Below, piece after piece: positions 19,298 through 30,212 of a stretch of 64,000 nucleotides of DNA. The notes beneath the pieces are model-generated. The model saw only the letters and a program-made list of their open reading frames with translations. It made no database searches and was not told where the DNA came from. Numbering within the stretch: the stretch's first letter is position 1; every line of letters starts with the position of its first letter. The translations under genes and the position numbers were made by a program. Origin of the DNA: Lentisphaerae bacterium RIFOXYC12_FULL_60_16. Its GTDB lineage: Bacteria; Verrucomicrobiota; Kiritimatiellia; UBA8416; YA12-FULL-60-10. The DNA is taken from assembly GCA_001803315.1 (NCBI GenBank), contig MHBQ01000151.1, positions 13,063-77,062 on the forward strand, read 5' to 3'.

Positions 19298-21761
19298 TCT
19301 GCACCTCGGGCTCACTGTTACCATTATTGTCCGGGATATCCCCGTCCAGATCAATCAGGATTTCCCTCGGATCGGAACCGCGCGGCGGTCCGATTATACC
19401 GCGCTCTTCAAGGATATCCATGACCCGTGCTGCACGGGTATACCCGATACGCAAACGTCGCTGGAGCGAGGATGTGGAGGCCCGGCGCGTCTCCCGGATG
19501 ATCTCGATGGCTTGGGCCAACACATCATCATCCTCTCCATCGTCCACCCCGGAAGCAGGCCGTTCAATTTTTTCCTTGATTTCAAGCTCATAGGACGGTG
19601 TGGCCTGGGCCTTGATGTAGTTTACAATAGCCCGGATATCCTCGTCCGTGGTCATGGCCCCCTGAGCCCGTACCAGCTTGCTGCTCCCGGGGGGGAGGAA
19701 CAACATATCACCCCGCCCCAGCAATTTATCCGCCCCGGCAGTGTCCAGGATGGTGCGGCTGTCAACTTTCTGGGCAACCTGGAAGGCTATCCGGGCGGGG
19801 AAATTCGCCTTGATGGTTCCGGTGATAACGTTCACAGAAGGGCGTTGTGTGGACAAAATCATGTGAATACCAACCGCCCGGGACAATTGGGCCAGTCGGG
19901 CGATGCAGTTCTCGATTTCAGCCTGATCGGCCAACATCAGATCCGCCAACTCATCGATCACGATGACGATATACGGGACCGTCTGGGGCGGTGCTTTCTC
20001 TGAAGCTGCCGGCGTGTCACCACCCTCCTCGTTGTCGTTAAATAGACTGGTTTGAACCGCCACTTCCCGATGATTGTAACTCTCGATGTTGCGCACCCCC
20101 ACACGGGCAAACAATTTGTACCGGCGTTCCATTTCATTGATCGCCCAACGCAAGGCCAGGGCCACTTTCTTGGGATCGGTCACCACGGGAATCACCAAGT
20201 GCGGTAATTCATTGTAAACGGAGAATTCCACAATCTTAGGGTCCACCAGCAACAAACGGAGCTGATCCGGTGTGCGAGCCATCAACATGCCTGCCAAAAT
20301 GGAATTGATGCATACGGTTTTTCCGGAGCCCGTCGACCCGGCCACCAGCAAATGCGGCATGTCTGCCAAATCGGCAACCAGATCGGCTCCCCCCACATCC
20401 TTACCGAGCGCCAAGGGCACTTTAACCTTTCCGGACTGCCATCGCTCACTCTCCAGGATTTCCCGCAGGTACACTTTCCTGGCCAGTGCGTTCGGAACCT
20501 CGATCCCAACCACACCTTTGCCGGGAACCGGGGCCTGCACGCGCACACTGGTCGCCTTCAACGCCAGCGCCAGATTGTTGCTCAAACCGCTGATTCGCTC
20601 CACCCGCACACCCGGGGCGGGCGTCAATTCATACCGCGTCACCGTGGGCCCCTGCTCAACATTCGTCACTTCCGACTCAATACCAAACTCACTTAACGTC
20701 TCCACCAGAATCCGTCCCGTTGTCCCGGTATCCGCGCTGATACCATCATCACCCGACACCGCCAGCTCCTTCAACAACGACAGGGGGGGCAACACCAGCG
20801 GCTGCGGCACGCCATCGTGTCCAGCGGTCTCAGTACCCAAGGCAACAGCTGGAACGGTTGTTGCATCCGGGCGGGAGACAGGCACCGGGACAGGCTCCGG
20901 CTCCGGTCGCTTCCGGGGGACGGGTGGGGTGGCGACGGGGCGGGGAACTTCGGGTTCCGTCCGACTGGGGGTTGCCGGCTGATCTCCAGAACGGGTCCCT
21001 GTGCCGGGACGGGATGGCGGCACTTCGCCGGGCACATATTTGCCCTTACCTGCTGCCGAAGGGACAGATTCCGGTACATCCTGACGCCGGATCGTGCGTT
21101 CCAGTCGGCGTCGTTGACGCTCCAACTCACGGGACTCCTGCTCGATCTGTTCCCGACGCCCCTGCCGCTCGAGCCGCGAAATCCGTATCCGCTCCTGCAA
21201 AGCCCGGAATCCATCCCGCACCAAATAATGGAAACGCACCAGGTTCCCCACTCCAAGAACCATGATAAGAGATGCCATCCACAGCGTCCCCATGACAATG
21301 CCGGTTCCGACCGGGCTTAGCCAGCGGATGAAAACACCCTGGACCAACACCCACCCGTACAAGCCGCCGGGATGCAGTATGTTCAACTCCCGACAGGCCG
21401 GCTCCAAGCCATCCACAAGCTCCATAAAGGCCACACTCGTCACCAGCAGGACGACCGACCAGACCAGGCGATATCCGATAATCGCCTCCCGATTGAGCAG
21501 CAGTAATACACCGATCAGAAAACACCACAAGGGAACCAGGTATCCACCCACTCCAAACAACATGAAAACAACAAAACCCATCCAGGCACCTAACGGGCCG
21601 ATCAGGTTATTCGGCGGACTGTTCGGTGGAGACTGAAGCAGCGAAACATCCTGGAATCGGTAGGAAAAAAGGCTCAACGCCATAAACAGGCACAACCCCA
21701 GCAAGACAATGCCCCAAAAACAACGCAACCCATTCAACGGCGTTCGTTCGGTATCAGCCAT
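19284..21761 (-). CDS. ftsK: DNA translocase FtsK
   Basis: N-terminal TM helices, a Pro-rich linker, Walker A VAGSTGSGKT, and a C-terminal gamma winged-helix domain (LQRRLRIGYTRAARVMD). ATG at 21761 avoids overlap with cdaR; the ORF extends to 21785. Confidence 0.92.
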   Translation of the reverse strand: MADTERTPLNGLRCFWGIVLLGLCLFMALSLFSYRFQDVSLLQSPPNSPPNNLIGPLGAWMGFVVFMLFGVGGYLVPLWCFLIGVLLLLNREAIIGYRLVWSVVLLVTSVAFMELVDGLEPACRELNILHPGGLYGWVLVQGVFIRWLSPVGTGIVMGTLWMASLIMVLGVGNLVRFHYLVRDGFRALQERIRISRLERQGRREQIEQESRELERQRRRLERTIRRQDVPESVPSAAGKGKYVPGEVPPSRPGTGTRSGDQPATPSRTEPEVPRPVATPPVPRKRPEPEPVPVPVSRPDATTVPAVALGTETAGHDGVPQPLVLPPLSLLKELAVSGDDGISADTGTTGRILVETLSEFGIESEVTNVEQGPTVTRYELTPAPGVRVERISGLSNNLALALKATSVRVQAPVPGKGVVGIEVPNALARKVYLREILESERWQSGKVKVPLALGKDVGGADLVADLADMPHLLVAGSTGSGKTVCINSILAGMLMARTPDQLRLLLVDPKIVEFSVYNELPHLVIPVVTDPKKVALALRWAINEMERRYKLFARVGVRNIESYNHREVAVQTSLFNDNEEGGDTPAASEKAPPQTVPYIVIVIDELADLMLADQAEIENCIARLAQLSRAVGIHMILSTQRPSVNVITGTIKANFPARIAFQVAQKVDSRTILDTAGADKLLGRGDMLFLPPGSSKLVRAQGAMTTDEDIRAIVNYIKAQATPSYELEIKEKIERPASGVDDGEDDDVLAQAIEIIRETRRASTSSLQRRLRIGYTRAARVMDILEERGIIGPPRGSDPREILIDLDGDIPDNNGNSEPEVQNEAG

Positions 21762-21762
21762 G

Positions 21763-22761
21763 TTATCGTCGCGCCTCCCGCACAATCACCTTGACCGTCT
21801 CCGGGACCACCGTACAGGCCACATCCAGTCCCGGCGGCAAATGGACACTCACCGGCAACTCGTAAACACCTGCCGATTCGAGTCCCACACAATCGACAAA
21901 GACACTGAGGGCACCATCCACCATGTATTGCAGAATCTCCGGCCTTCCGGTTACCAGAACCTTGACAACCGGCGGATCCAGCGATACGTCACGGACTTCT
22001 CCGGGAGCAAACACCGTTCGCACCAGCACATTGGTGAGTTCGCGGATCTTCGAATCCGTTACCAGGTTAACATGGACCGTTACATGGGTGGGATTCAATT
22101 CAGTTATCAACAGATCCCGCGCCGGCAACACCCGCACCTGTTTGACAAACGACTCGGCACGTCCTTCGACATCTACTGGTTCCGTCTCAAACACATCCTT
22201 GTCCTGCAACCGGCGTTCCGGTCCCCTTACACGGACACTTTGGGGTTCATACTCGACCTCGACCCGTCCAAGCAGGGGCTTGCCCATGATGCGCGGGCGA
22301 GCCACCTGAACATCCTTCTCGATTTCCCGGTCAAAGGTCACATCAATAAACGACGGTTTTATTTTCACTACTTGTACCAAACCAACGCGCCCCTCGACCG
22401 AATCAAACTCGACGGCAACACGTTGACGTCCCGTTGAAGGTGTTGATTTAAGTCGGACCACAACCTTAAGCCGGGATTGCTCGATTTCAGCCAGATCCTC
22501 CTTGGAACCCCTGAAGGTAACATCCACAACACGCGGATCCTGCTCCAGGACAGCGCCGCCCTTCTCGATCTCGACCAGGACCGGCACCTCATGACTCTCC
22601 TCGAGGCTCGTCACGTTCTGAATGGCATAAAAGCTCATGGCAGCCAACACGAAGGCCAGCACCTTGAGCCGCCAATTGTTGACCACCAGATCTACGAAAA
22701 ACTGTTTCAGGCTACCCTCCACCGGATTGCTCGCTTCCCGCCAGTTGTTCGGATTTTGCAA
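21763..22761 (-). CDS. cdaR: YbbR-domain protein (diadenylate cyclase regulator CdaR-like)
   Basis: N-terminal TM then repeated YbbR-like beta domains, immediately downstream of cdaA. Non-ATG start (TTG 22761 or GTG 22722). Confidence 0.7.
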   Translation of the reverse strand: MQNPNNWREASNPVEGSLKQFFVDLVVNNWRLKVLAFVLAAMSFYAIQNVTSLEESHEVPVLVEIEKGGAVLEQDPRVVDVTFRGSKEDLAEIEQSRLKVVVRLKSTPSTGRQRVAVEFDSVEGRVGLVQVVKIKPSFIDVTFDREIEKDVQVARPRIMGKPLLGRVEVEYEPQSVRVRGPERRLQDKDVFETEPVDVEGRAESFVKQVRVLPARDLLITELNPTHVTVHVNLVTDSKIRELTNVLVRTVFAPGEVRDVSLDPPVVKVLVTGRPEILQYMVDGALSVFVDCVGLESAGVYELPVSVHLPPGLDVACTVVPETVKVIVREARR

Positions 22762-23587
22762 TACCTTCAGGCGTCAGATCCAATTGTTCCCGCGCCCTGC
22801 GCCAGGCACTCATGCCGGAACGCCCCTTGAGCAGCAAGGCGGACAGGAATCGTCGCAAACGCGCCTCATCCATCCCCCGGCTCAACCGTCCGCGATAGCA
22901 CACTGAAATCGTACCGGTTTCCTCGGAAACGACGATCAGAACCGCATCCGACTCCTCACTCATGCCGATCGCCGCCCGGTGCCGGGTCCCCAATTGCTTA
23001 TGCAATTCCGTCTGCTGGGACAACGGGAACACACAACCGGCGGCCAGAATACGGTTACCGCGAATGATCACCCCACCATCATGCAACGGTGTATGCGGAA
23101 AAAAAATGGACGCCAGCAATTCCGGGACCACACGGGCGTCCAGCTTCACACCGGTTTCCTGCACCGCCCGCATCCCGATTTCACGTTCAACGGCAATCAA
23201 CGCCCCGATCCGATGTTCCGCCAACATCAGTATGGCTTCCACCACACTGTTGACCGTACTGCGATCCTCCGCGGAACCGGAAAAAGCCGGCTGTCGCCCC
23301 AACTCCGCCAGCGCACGGCGAATCTCTGGCTGAAAAATAACCAGAATAGCCAACGACAAGCCAAGCATTAAGCGGCGAAACAACCAATTGAGTTCGGTTA
23401 AATGGAAAAAATGGGTCGAAATATTGAGAAAAATCGTCAGCAACGCCAAACCGATAAGGATATGAACTCCCCGTGTCCCCCGGAAAAACAGAAGGATGTA
23501 ATAAAACATGACCATCAGGACCAGCATCTGGAACAGCCCGCCGAATCCAAAAGAGAGTATGGCGTCCCAACCAATCATGCGCTGCAT
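22712..23587 (-). CDS. cdaA: membrane-bound diadenylate cyclase
   Basis: Three N-terminal TM segments plus a DAC domain: DGGVIIRGNRILAAGCVFPLS, GTRHRAAIGMSEESDAVLIVVSEETGTISV. Confidence 0.9.
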   Translation of the reverse strand: MQRMIGWDAILSFGFGGLFQMLVLMVMFYYILLFFRGTRGVHILIGLALLTIFLNISTHFFHLTELNWLFRRLMLGLSLAILVIFQPEIRRALAELGRQPAFSGSAEDRSTVNSVVEAILMLAEHRIGALIAVEREIGMRAVQETGVKLDARVVPELLASIFFPHTPLHDGGVIIRGNRILAAGCVFPLSQQTELHKQLGTRHRAAIGMSEESDAVLIVVSEETGTISVCYRGRLSRGMDEARLRRFLSALLLKGRSGMSAWRRAREQLDLTPEGIAKSEQLAGSEQSGGG

Positions 23588-24441
23588 CCTTGAATGGCCT
23601 CTATCAGGGCCAAAGCCTGCCGCGATTCCGGGACATCATGAACCCGGAACACCCGAACTCCCTGGAACAGACTGTAGATCAAGCCGGCCAGACTACCAGC
23701 CAGACGCTGATCCACCTCCATCCCGGTGACCACACCGATAAACCGTTTCCGTGAAAGTCCTACCAATACGGGCCGTCCCGTCCGTTCACCCAGAACACGC
23801 AGGCTGCCCAACAGCTCCAAATTGTGTTTCACGGTCTTTCCAAATCCAATACCCGGATCCACAACCAGGCAATCCGCATCAATACCGGCACGGATCGAAT
23901 CCTTCACCCGGGCATCCAAATACCGCGCCACATCATCAACAACCTGATCATATACCGGTGCATCCTGCATGATCCTCGGCATGCCTTTCATATGCATCAG
24001 GACTACCCCGGCACCCGATTCACGAACCACCGACATCATGCCGGGATCCATCGTCAACGATGAAATATCATTCACAATCACCGCACCAACCGCAATCGCA
24101 GCGGACGCCACCTCCGCCTTGGTAGTATCGACCGAAATCGGAACATCAACCTGCCGGGCAAGCTCCCGGATCACCGGAATCACCCGTTCCTTTTCAACAG
24201 CAACCGGAACCGGCAGCGAGCCTGGCCGTGTCGATTCTCCTCCAACATCCAGAACATCGGCGCCATCGGCCACCATCCCCAACCCGAAGGCAACCGCAGA
24301 CTCGATCTGGTCATGCCGGCCACCATCCGAAAACGAGTCCGGCGTTACATTCAGTATTCCCATCACCCGTGGACGGGTGCCCAAATCTATCCGCCTATCC
24401 CTGCATTTCCAGATACCGGGCACTGACCCCTCACACTTCAC
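23575..24441 (-). CDS. folP: dihydropteroate synthase
   Basis: VMGILNVTPDSFSDGG, DVGGESTRPG, SVDT, GIGFGKT. The GTG start overlaps the ftsH stop (GTGA). Confidence 0.92.
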   Translation of the reverse strand: MKCEGSVPGIWKCRDRRIDLGTRPRVMGILNVTPDSFSDGGRHDQIESAVAFGLGMVADGADVLDVGGESTRPGSLPVPVAVEKERVIPVIRELARQVDVPISVDTTKAEVASAAIAVGAVIVNDISSLTMDPGMMSVVRESGAGVVLMHMKGMPRIMQDAPVYDQVVDDVARYLDARVKDSIRAGIDADCLVVDPGIGFGKTVKHNLELLGSLRVLGERTGRPVLVGLSRKRFIGVVTGMEVDQRLAGSLAGLIYSLFQGVRVFRVHDVPESRQALALIEAIQGCSA

Positions 24442-26444
24442 GCCGGCTCCGGAACCGGATCCAGGGCTGGCGGAACAACCGGCGGCGGAACGGCAGGCTC
24501 ACGTGCCAATCGTTCCTCCGGCGTCAACACCCGTCCCTCACGGAGCAAGTCTTCAACGTCCCGCCCATCAAGTGTTTCTTTTTCCAACAGCAGGCTCGTT
24601 ATGGTTTCCAACTTGTCCCGCTTCTCAATCAATATATTCCGGGCATAATCATAGGCTTCACGCAACAACCGGCTGACTTCAGCATCAATCTTCCGGGCCG
24701 TTTCCTCACTGAAATCCTGCGCCCGCGAAACCTCACGCCCGAGGAACATCAATTCCTGGTTCTCACCGAACGTCTGGGGGCCCATCGTCTCGCTCATGCC
24801 CCAGTTACATACCATCATGCGCGCCAGTCGTGTGGCCTCCTTCAGGTCCGAAGCGGCGCCGGTCGTGATTTCACCCAACACCAGTTCCTCGGAGACCCGT
24901 CCCCCCATCAAGCCGGCAAGTATCCCCAGTAATTTCTGCCGGCCTTCAATGTGACGATCCTTCGTCGGCAGTTGCATGGTGGCGCCCAGATACGCTACAC
25001 CACGCGGAATAATCGTGATCTTATGCAGGGGTTCACTCTCCACCACCGTACACATGACGATGGCGTGCCCCGTCTCATGATAGGCGGTCACGCGCTTCTC
25101 CCGTTCATCCAACACCCGGCTACGGCGTTCTCTCCCCCACCGGACCTTGTCCCGGGCCTCTTCAAGCTCCATCATATCCACGGCTTCCTTGTTGTGCCGG
25201 GCCGAAAGAAGCGCTGCTTCGTTCAGCAGATTCTCAAGATCAGCACCCGAAAAACCCGGGGTTCCGCGCGCCAGCCGTTTAAGGTCTGCATCGGGAGCCA
25301 GACAGATTGCCCGGGCATGCATTTTCAAGATGGCTTCACGGCCATCAATGGTGGGAAGATCTATCATGATCTGCCGGTCAAAACGCCCGGGACGCAGCAG
25401 CGCCTGATCCAATACATCCGGACGATTCGTTGCCGCAATGATAATCACACCTTCCTGCGTTTCAAACCCGTCCATTTCAACCAGGAGGGCGTTGAGCGTC
25501 TGTTCCCGCTCGTCGTGTCCGCCGCCAATGCCCGTAAAACGGCTGCGGCCAACGGCATCGATTTCATCGATAAAGATCAGACAGGGAGCACTCTTCTTGC
25601 CCTGCTCAAACATGTCACGGACACGGGACGCGCCGACACCCACGAACATTTCCACAAAATCCGACCCACTGATACTGAAGAACGGCACTTCCGCTTCACC
25701 CGCAATAGCTTTAGCCAGCAGGGTTTTACCCGTTCCGGGCGGCCCCATCAAAAGGACCCCCTTGGGTATTCGCCCCCCCAGTTTCTGGAATCGTTTGGGA
25801 TCCTTGAGGAACTCGATGATCTCCTGAACTTCATCCTTGGCCTCATCAATGCCCGCCACGTTGGCAAACGTTACCCGGTTCTCTTCGCGGTTCAATAGAC
25901 GTGCCCGGCTCTTCCCGAAACTCATGGCCCCGCTACCGGCCGCCCGCACCTGCCGCATGAAAAGAAAATACAGGAAGGCAAAGATCAGGACCACCGGCAA
26001 CACCTGCATCAGCAACGACCAGACATAGGGGTTCTGGGGAGGGACCATGAACTCCACACCCTGTTCGATGAGAAAACGTTGCAGGGCTGAATCGGCCTCA
26101 CTGACATAGGTCTTGAACTTCACGGCCCGTGAAACCGGATCGGATTCAACCGGAAGAATCTCACCACGGATGTACTGGATGCCGGAGACTTCCTTGATGA
26201 TTTCCACCTTGCGAATCCGGCCCGCCTCCACCATTTCAACAAAATCAACATCCGCCGTATTATTGAAATAAGGAATCTCTTCGTAGGTTTCACGACGGCT
26301 CCAGATCATGTGGACCATCATGAACACCATCGCCACAATCAGAAACCACGGCAACAAACTACGCCCCGGACCGGCAACAACCGGCTGTTTTCGCGCACGT
26401 TGGTCCGGCTTGCCCAGGTTCAACGGCCCATTTGAATCCGACAT
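24438..26444 (-). CDS. ftsH: ATP-dependent zinc metalloprotease FtsH
   Basis: Walker [23 protein letters not shown] region, zinc motif HETGHA. Confidence 0.97.
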   Translation of the reverse strand: MSDSNGPLNLGKPDQRARKQPVVAGPGRSLLPWFLIVAMVFMMVHMIWSRRETYEEIPYFNNTADVDFVEMVEAGRIRKVEIIKEVSGIQYIRGEILPVESDPVSRAVKFKTYVSEADSALQRFLIEQGVEFMVPPQNPYVWSLLMQVLPVVLIFAFLYFLFMRQVRAAGSGAMSFGKSRARLLNREENRVTFANVAGIDEAKDEVQEIIEFLKDPKRFQKLGGRIPKGVLLMGPPGTGKTLLAKAIAGEAEVPFFSISGSDFVEMFVGVGASRVRDMFEQGKKSAPCLIFIDEIDAVGRSRFTGIGGGHDEREQTLNALLVEMDGFETQEGVIIIAATNRPDVLDQALLRPGRFDRQIMIDLPTIDGREAILKMHARAICLAPDADLKRLARGTPGFSGADLENLLNEAALLSARHNKEAVDMMELEEARDKVRWGRERRSRVLDEREKRVTAYHETGHAIVMCTVVESEPLHKITIIPRGVAYLGATMQLPTKDRHIEGRQKLLGILAGLMGGRVSEELVLGEITTGAASDLKEATRLARMMVCNWGMSETMGPQTFGENQELMFLGREVSRAQDFSEETARKIDAEVSRLLREAYDYARNILIEKRDKLETITSLLLEKETLDGRDVEDLLREGRVLTPEERLAREPAVPPPVVPPALDPVPEPA

Positions 26445-26640
26445 GATAAACCGCCCCTTCCCTACCTACCCGCTCCGGCGCCGCTCAATGCCAGCGTATC
26501 GAAAATATCACTTCCAAAGACCCGATGGGAATACTACCTGCAGCGTGAGACAGGGTCAAACCCATTCCCCGTTCGGATCATCCAAGCAAGAAGCAAAATG
26601 CAATCGACAACCAACCGCTGAATGTACCATCATTTCTCCC

Positions 26641-27834
26641 ATGTCAAAAACCATTCTCTTTCGACATGCCACACTCGTCCTGATCACGGAACTCATGCCG
26701 GATGGAGCCGTCCTCTGCCGGGAGGGACGCATCATCAGGGTCGGGCCAGACCGTGAACTCTGCAAAGAAGCCGCCGATCAAGTGGTCGATCTCAACGGAC
26801 AGTGGCTGGCACCCGGCTTTATCGATCTGCACATCCACGGCATGCATCGGCATCTGATCGATCATGGACCCGCCGCCTTGCAGGCGATATGCGACATCTT
26901 GCCTCAAACCGGCGTCACGGGATTCCTCGCCGGAATATGTCCGCGACCAAAAGGCGAGGATGCACGTTTTGTAGCCTCGCTGGCATCGGTTCGTTCCAGC
27001 GGTTCACGCATTCTTGGCTTCCACATGGAAGGACCCTTTCTCACGCTCACGGGCGCCCTGCCGAAAGAAGCCTTGGGCGCTGCTGACCCGGAACGGGTCG
27101 AAAACCTGGTCTCTGCATCTCAACCGTACCCCACCGTATTCAGTATTGCACCCGATTTTGAAGGGATCATCGATCTCCTGCCGCGAATGCAATCAACTGG
27201 TATGCCGGCTTTTATAACACATACCCGTGCCACCGTGGACCAAACCCTGGCAGCTATCGACGCCGGTGCCCGACATGCCACCCACTTTTATGACGTGTTC
27301 CCCCCTCCCCCCGAAACCGATCCCGGCGTGCGCCCCTGTGGAACGGTTGAAACCATCCTCGCAGATCCCCGCGCAAGCGTGGACTTCATCCTCGACGGCG
27401 AACACGTCAACCCGATGGCCATCCGCATGGCGCTTGCCTGCAAGGGCCCCGACCGTGTCTGCCTGATAACGGATGCCAATATTGGCGCCGGTTTACCACC
27501 CGGCAAACATGATTTCCTTGGCGGTGTAGAAGTGTCCTTCACCTACCCCGGCGGACCGGCACGGCTTACGGGCAAAACACACCAAGCCGGCACACTGGCC
27601 GGCAGCGGATTGACACTTGATCTCGCCATGCGAAATGCAATCCGCCTGCTGGACATCGACCTTCCGATGGCCGTCCGCATGGTGAGCGCCAATCCTGCCC
27701 AGGTCCTTGGACTGGACCACCTGTACGGACGCATCGCCGAAGGGCTGGCGTCCGACTTTACCGTGCTCGACCAGAACCGGCAGGTCTGCCAGACCTGGAT
27801 TGCCGGACGTCAGGTTTTTACACGATCAAACTGA
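26641..27834 (+). CDS. N-acetylglucosamine-6-phosphate deacetylase family amidohydrolase
   Basis: ATG at 26641 (MSKTILFRHATLV). PGFIDLHIHG, GFHMEGPF, THFYDVF, LITDANIGAG, GTLAGSGLTLD. The ORF-track extension back to 26308 overlaps ftsH and is unlikely to be real. Confidence 0.82.
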   Translation: MSKTILFRHATLVLITELMPDGAVLCREGRIIRVGPDRELCKEAADQVVDLNGQWLAPGFIDLHIHGMHRHLIDHGPAALQAICDILPQTGVTGFLAGICPRPKGEDARFVASLASVRSSGSRILGFHMEGPFLTLTGALPKEALGAADPERVENLVSASQPYPTVFSIAPDFEGIIDLLPRMQSTGMPAFITHTRATVDQTLAAIDAGARHATHFYDVFPPPPETDPGVRPCGTVETILADPRASVDFILDGEHVNPMAIRMALACKGPDRVCLITDANIGAGLPPGKHDFLGGVEVSFTYPGGPARLTGKTHQAGTLAGSGLTLDLAMRNAIRLLDIDLPMAVRMVSANPAQVLGLDHLYGRIAEGLASDFTVLDQNRQVCQTWIAGRQVFTRSN

Positions 27835-27845
27835 AGGAAGGCCCC

Positions 27846-28781
27846 ATGCCTACATCATTCACATACGAGCCATCCCAATGGATCCCGTTCCGAGATAAAC
27901 GGGTGATCAACCGGGTACGCCGCATTACCCGCAAAGCCTTGACCCGACACCCCAACCCCGCGTTCAAAATACGGATTGTACCGGATGGCGATGTGGAATG
28001 GTTATGGGTTGCCGACATGTTTCACCGCATCAAGACTGCCTCGGAAGAAAACCGTCGCCTGGTCCTGATCTTGCCTAACCCGGCCAGCACCTATCGCAAA
28101 CTCGCTCTGATGATCAATACCCTCCGGGTAAACTGCCGCCACCTGGTGACATTCAATATGGACGAATATGCCGATCAGGATGGAAATGTGGCACCCGAAA
28201 CCTGGCCTTGGTCTTTCATGGCATCCACCAAGCGTTTTCTCTACCACGCGATCGATCCGGCGTTGCGCCCTCCCGAACGGCAGATGATGGGCCCTACGAC
28301 CCGGAACATTCATGACTACAGCCGGATGATCCGCGACCTGGGAGGAGCCGATGCCTGTTACAGCGGACCGGGTTGGACGGGCCATCTGGCTTTCATCGAG
28401 CCGGACGCACCCGAATTCAAAGCACCGCTCGAAGTATGGAAGACATTCGGGGCACGGATTGTCACCTTGAGCCCGTTTACCATTGCACAGAACTCCCTGC
28501 ACGGCTTCTTTGGCGCCAGCGGCGACCTCGCCGCCGTGCCACCTCGCGCCGCCACCATCGGACCAGCCGATGTGATCGCCGCCAAATTCCGCATGGATAT
28601 CAACGCATTGACCACCGCCGGAACCCGGGTTTCCTGGCAACGGTTTATGACTCGCCTGGTTTCACACGGCCCCGTAACGCCGCGCGTTCCCAGCTCCATC
28701 CTGCAAACACTCCCAACCGACTCTATCATCAGCGAGACCATTGCCGATGACGTACAACCCGACTGGAACATGGAATACTAG
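27846..28781 (+). CDS. glucosamine-6-phosphate deaminase/isomerase (NagB/6-PGL) family protein, divergent and long
   Basis: FNMDEY motif and GPGWTGHLAFIEP (compare the canonical GxGxDGHxAFNEP). Confidence 0.65.
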   Translation: MPTSFTYEPSQWIPFRDKRVINRVRRITRKALTRHPNPAFKIRIVPDGDVEWLWVADMFHRIKTASEENRRLVLILPNPASTYRKLALMINTLRVNCRHLVTFNMDEYADQDGNVAPETWPWSFMASTKRFLYHAIDPALRPPERQMMGPTTRNIHDYSRMIRDLGGADACYSGPGWTGHLAFIEPDAPEFKAPLEVWKTFGARIVTLSPFTIAQNSLHGFFGASGDLAAVPPRAATIGPADVIAAKFRMDINALTTAGTRVSWQRFMTRLVSHGPVTPRVPSSILQTLPTDSIISETIADDVQPDWNMEY

Positions 28782-28805
28782 TTCCATCCGAAAGGAATCC
28801 CGATC

Positions 28806-29738
28806 ATGCCTTCAACTTGGTGGACTCCCGAACAATTGACCGGCGTCTGGTCGGCCACCCCAACACCTTTCACCAACCGGATGACCGTTGACCGCGCTGC
28901 CGTTGCCAGAATGGTCAAACACCACCTCCGTCTCGGTATTAACGGACTCTTCTTGTGCGGAACCTGCGGAGAAGGCCCTTGGATGCCGGACGATCAACGG
29001 ACAAGTCTCATCCGCGAAACCGTCCGCCAGACCCGGCGGCGCATGGTGGTGGCCGTGCAGGTAACCGACAATTCCGCTGCCCGGATACTGGTTAACATGC
29101 GGATGGCAGCCGAGGCCGGGGCCGACATCGCCATTATTGCTCCACCTCATTTTCTCATGAATGCCACCTCCGACAACATCGTGCGGCTTTACCGGACCGC
29201 TATCCGGCAAAGTCCGCTGCCCGTGGGGATCTATGATCGCGGCGCCTACGGCTCGATTGTCGTACCCGACGGTGCACTGAAAGCCATATATTCCGAACCT
29301 CGCGTCATCCTCATCAAGGACAGTTCCTGTAATCCAGCCCGGCGGGACATCGCCCTGGCCATACGCCGCCACCGAACCGGCCTGCGCCTGCTCAACGGAA
29401 ATGAATTTGACTGTGTTTCCTACATCCAGGCGGGCTATGACGGCCTTCTGTTGGGTGGAGGGGTTTTCAACGGATTTCTTGCCCGCTGCATCATTGAGGC
29501 CGTGCATGAAGGCCGCATCAGTCATGCCCAACGCCTGCAACGACGGATGAACCGGCTGATGTGGAATGTGTATGGCGGACGGAAGATTTCCGCATGGCTC
29601 ACCGGGCTCAAAGAACTCCTGGTCCGCATGCATGTTTTCACAACCCGGAATGGCTATCTCAACTATCCCCTGCCTGCCGCCACAAAACGGGCCATCGCCC
29701 GGGTCATGGTGCAGGACCGTGACGTGTTGTTTCCCTGA
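28806..29738 (+). CDS. DHDPS/N-acetylneuraminate-lyase family class I aldolase
   Basis: GINGLFLCGTCGE, VGIYD (catalytic Tyr context) and ILIKDSS (Schiff-base Lys context). Confidence 0.8.
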   Translation: MPSTWWTPEQLTGVWSATPTPFTNRMTVDRAAVARMVKHHLRLGINGLFLCGTCGEGPWMPDDQRTSLIRETVRQTRRRMVVAVQVTDNSAARILVNMRMAAEAGADIAIIAPPHFLMNATSDNIVRLYRTAIRQSPLPVGIYDRGAYGSIVVPDGALKAIYSEPRVILIKDSSCNPARRDIALAIRRHRTGLRLLNGNEFDCVSYIQAGYDGLLLGGGVFNGFLARCIIEAVHEGRISHAQRLQRRMNRLMWNVYGGRKISAWLTGLKELLVRMHVFTTRNGYLNYPLPAATKRAIARVMVQDRDVLFP

Positions 29739-29747
29739 GGAATCGTT

Positions 29748-30212
29748 ATGACCCGGGAAATCATGCATCGGAACGCATCGGACAACCACTACTTGCACAA
29801 GGATTTTCACGGCGGATTAAGCTGTGGAATTGAATACCTCGACATCCACTTCGGAACGTCCGTCCTGCACAACTATCTCCGCACCTTCTGCCGGACCTTC
29901 TTTGCTCCGCTCCACGCAGCCGTGGTCACCCACGGCCTGTCGGCCATACGCAAACACTATGAACGGGTTTTTGAGGAAGAAGCAGGGATTATTGACGTCG
30001 ACGCTTCTGATGATCACCTGACCATCACGGTGCGCGCCTGCCCGGCCATCCTTCACATGCAAAAACGAGGGCTTCCCATCGCCAAACGCTTCTGTGACTC
30101 CACGCGTATCATGAACGAATGCCTGTGCGAGGGAACTCCCTTTACCTCGGAATTATGCGACTGCAACCCCCGGACAGGAACCTGCGTTCAACGGTTCCGG
30201 AGGTTGTCATGA
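29748..30212 (+). CDS. Cys-rich small protein A (possible ATC-hydrolase-like fold)
   Basis: 154 aa with 9 Cys. Blocks ACPA...RFCDS...CDC...GTCVQRFRR. Paralogous to the next ORF. Confidence 0.6.
   Translation: MTREIMHRNASDNHYLHKDFHGGLSCGIEYLDIHFGTSVLHNYLRTFCRTFFAPLHAAVVTHGLSAIRKHYERVFEEEAGIIDVDASDDHLTITVRACPAILHMQKRGLPIAKRFCDSTRIMNECLCEGTPFTSELCDCNPRTGTCVQRFRRLS

Noticed and set aside
26308-26640. N-terminal 111-aa extension of the nagA-like ORF, overlapping the ftsH 5-prime end.
   Set aside because: The conserved deacetylase N-terminus begins at the ATG at 26641 (MSKTILFRHATLV). The extension would overlap ftsH coding sequence and is low-complexity.
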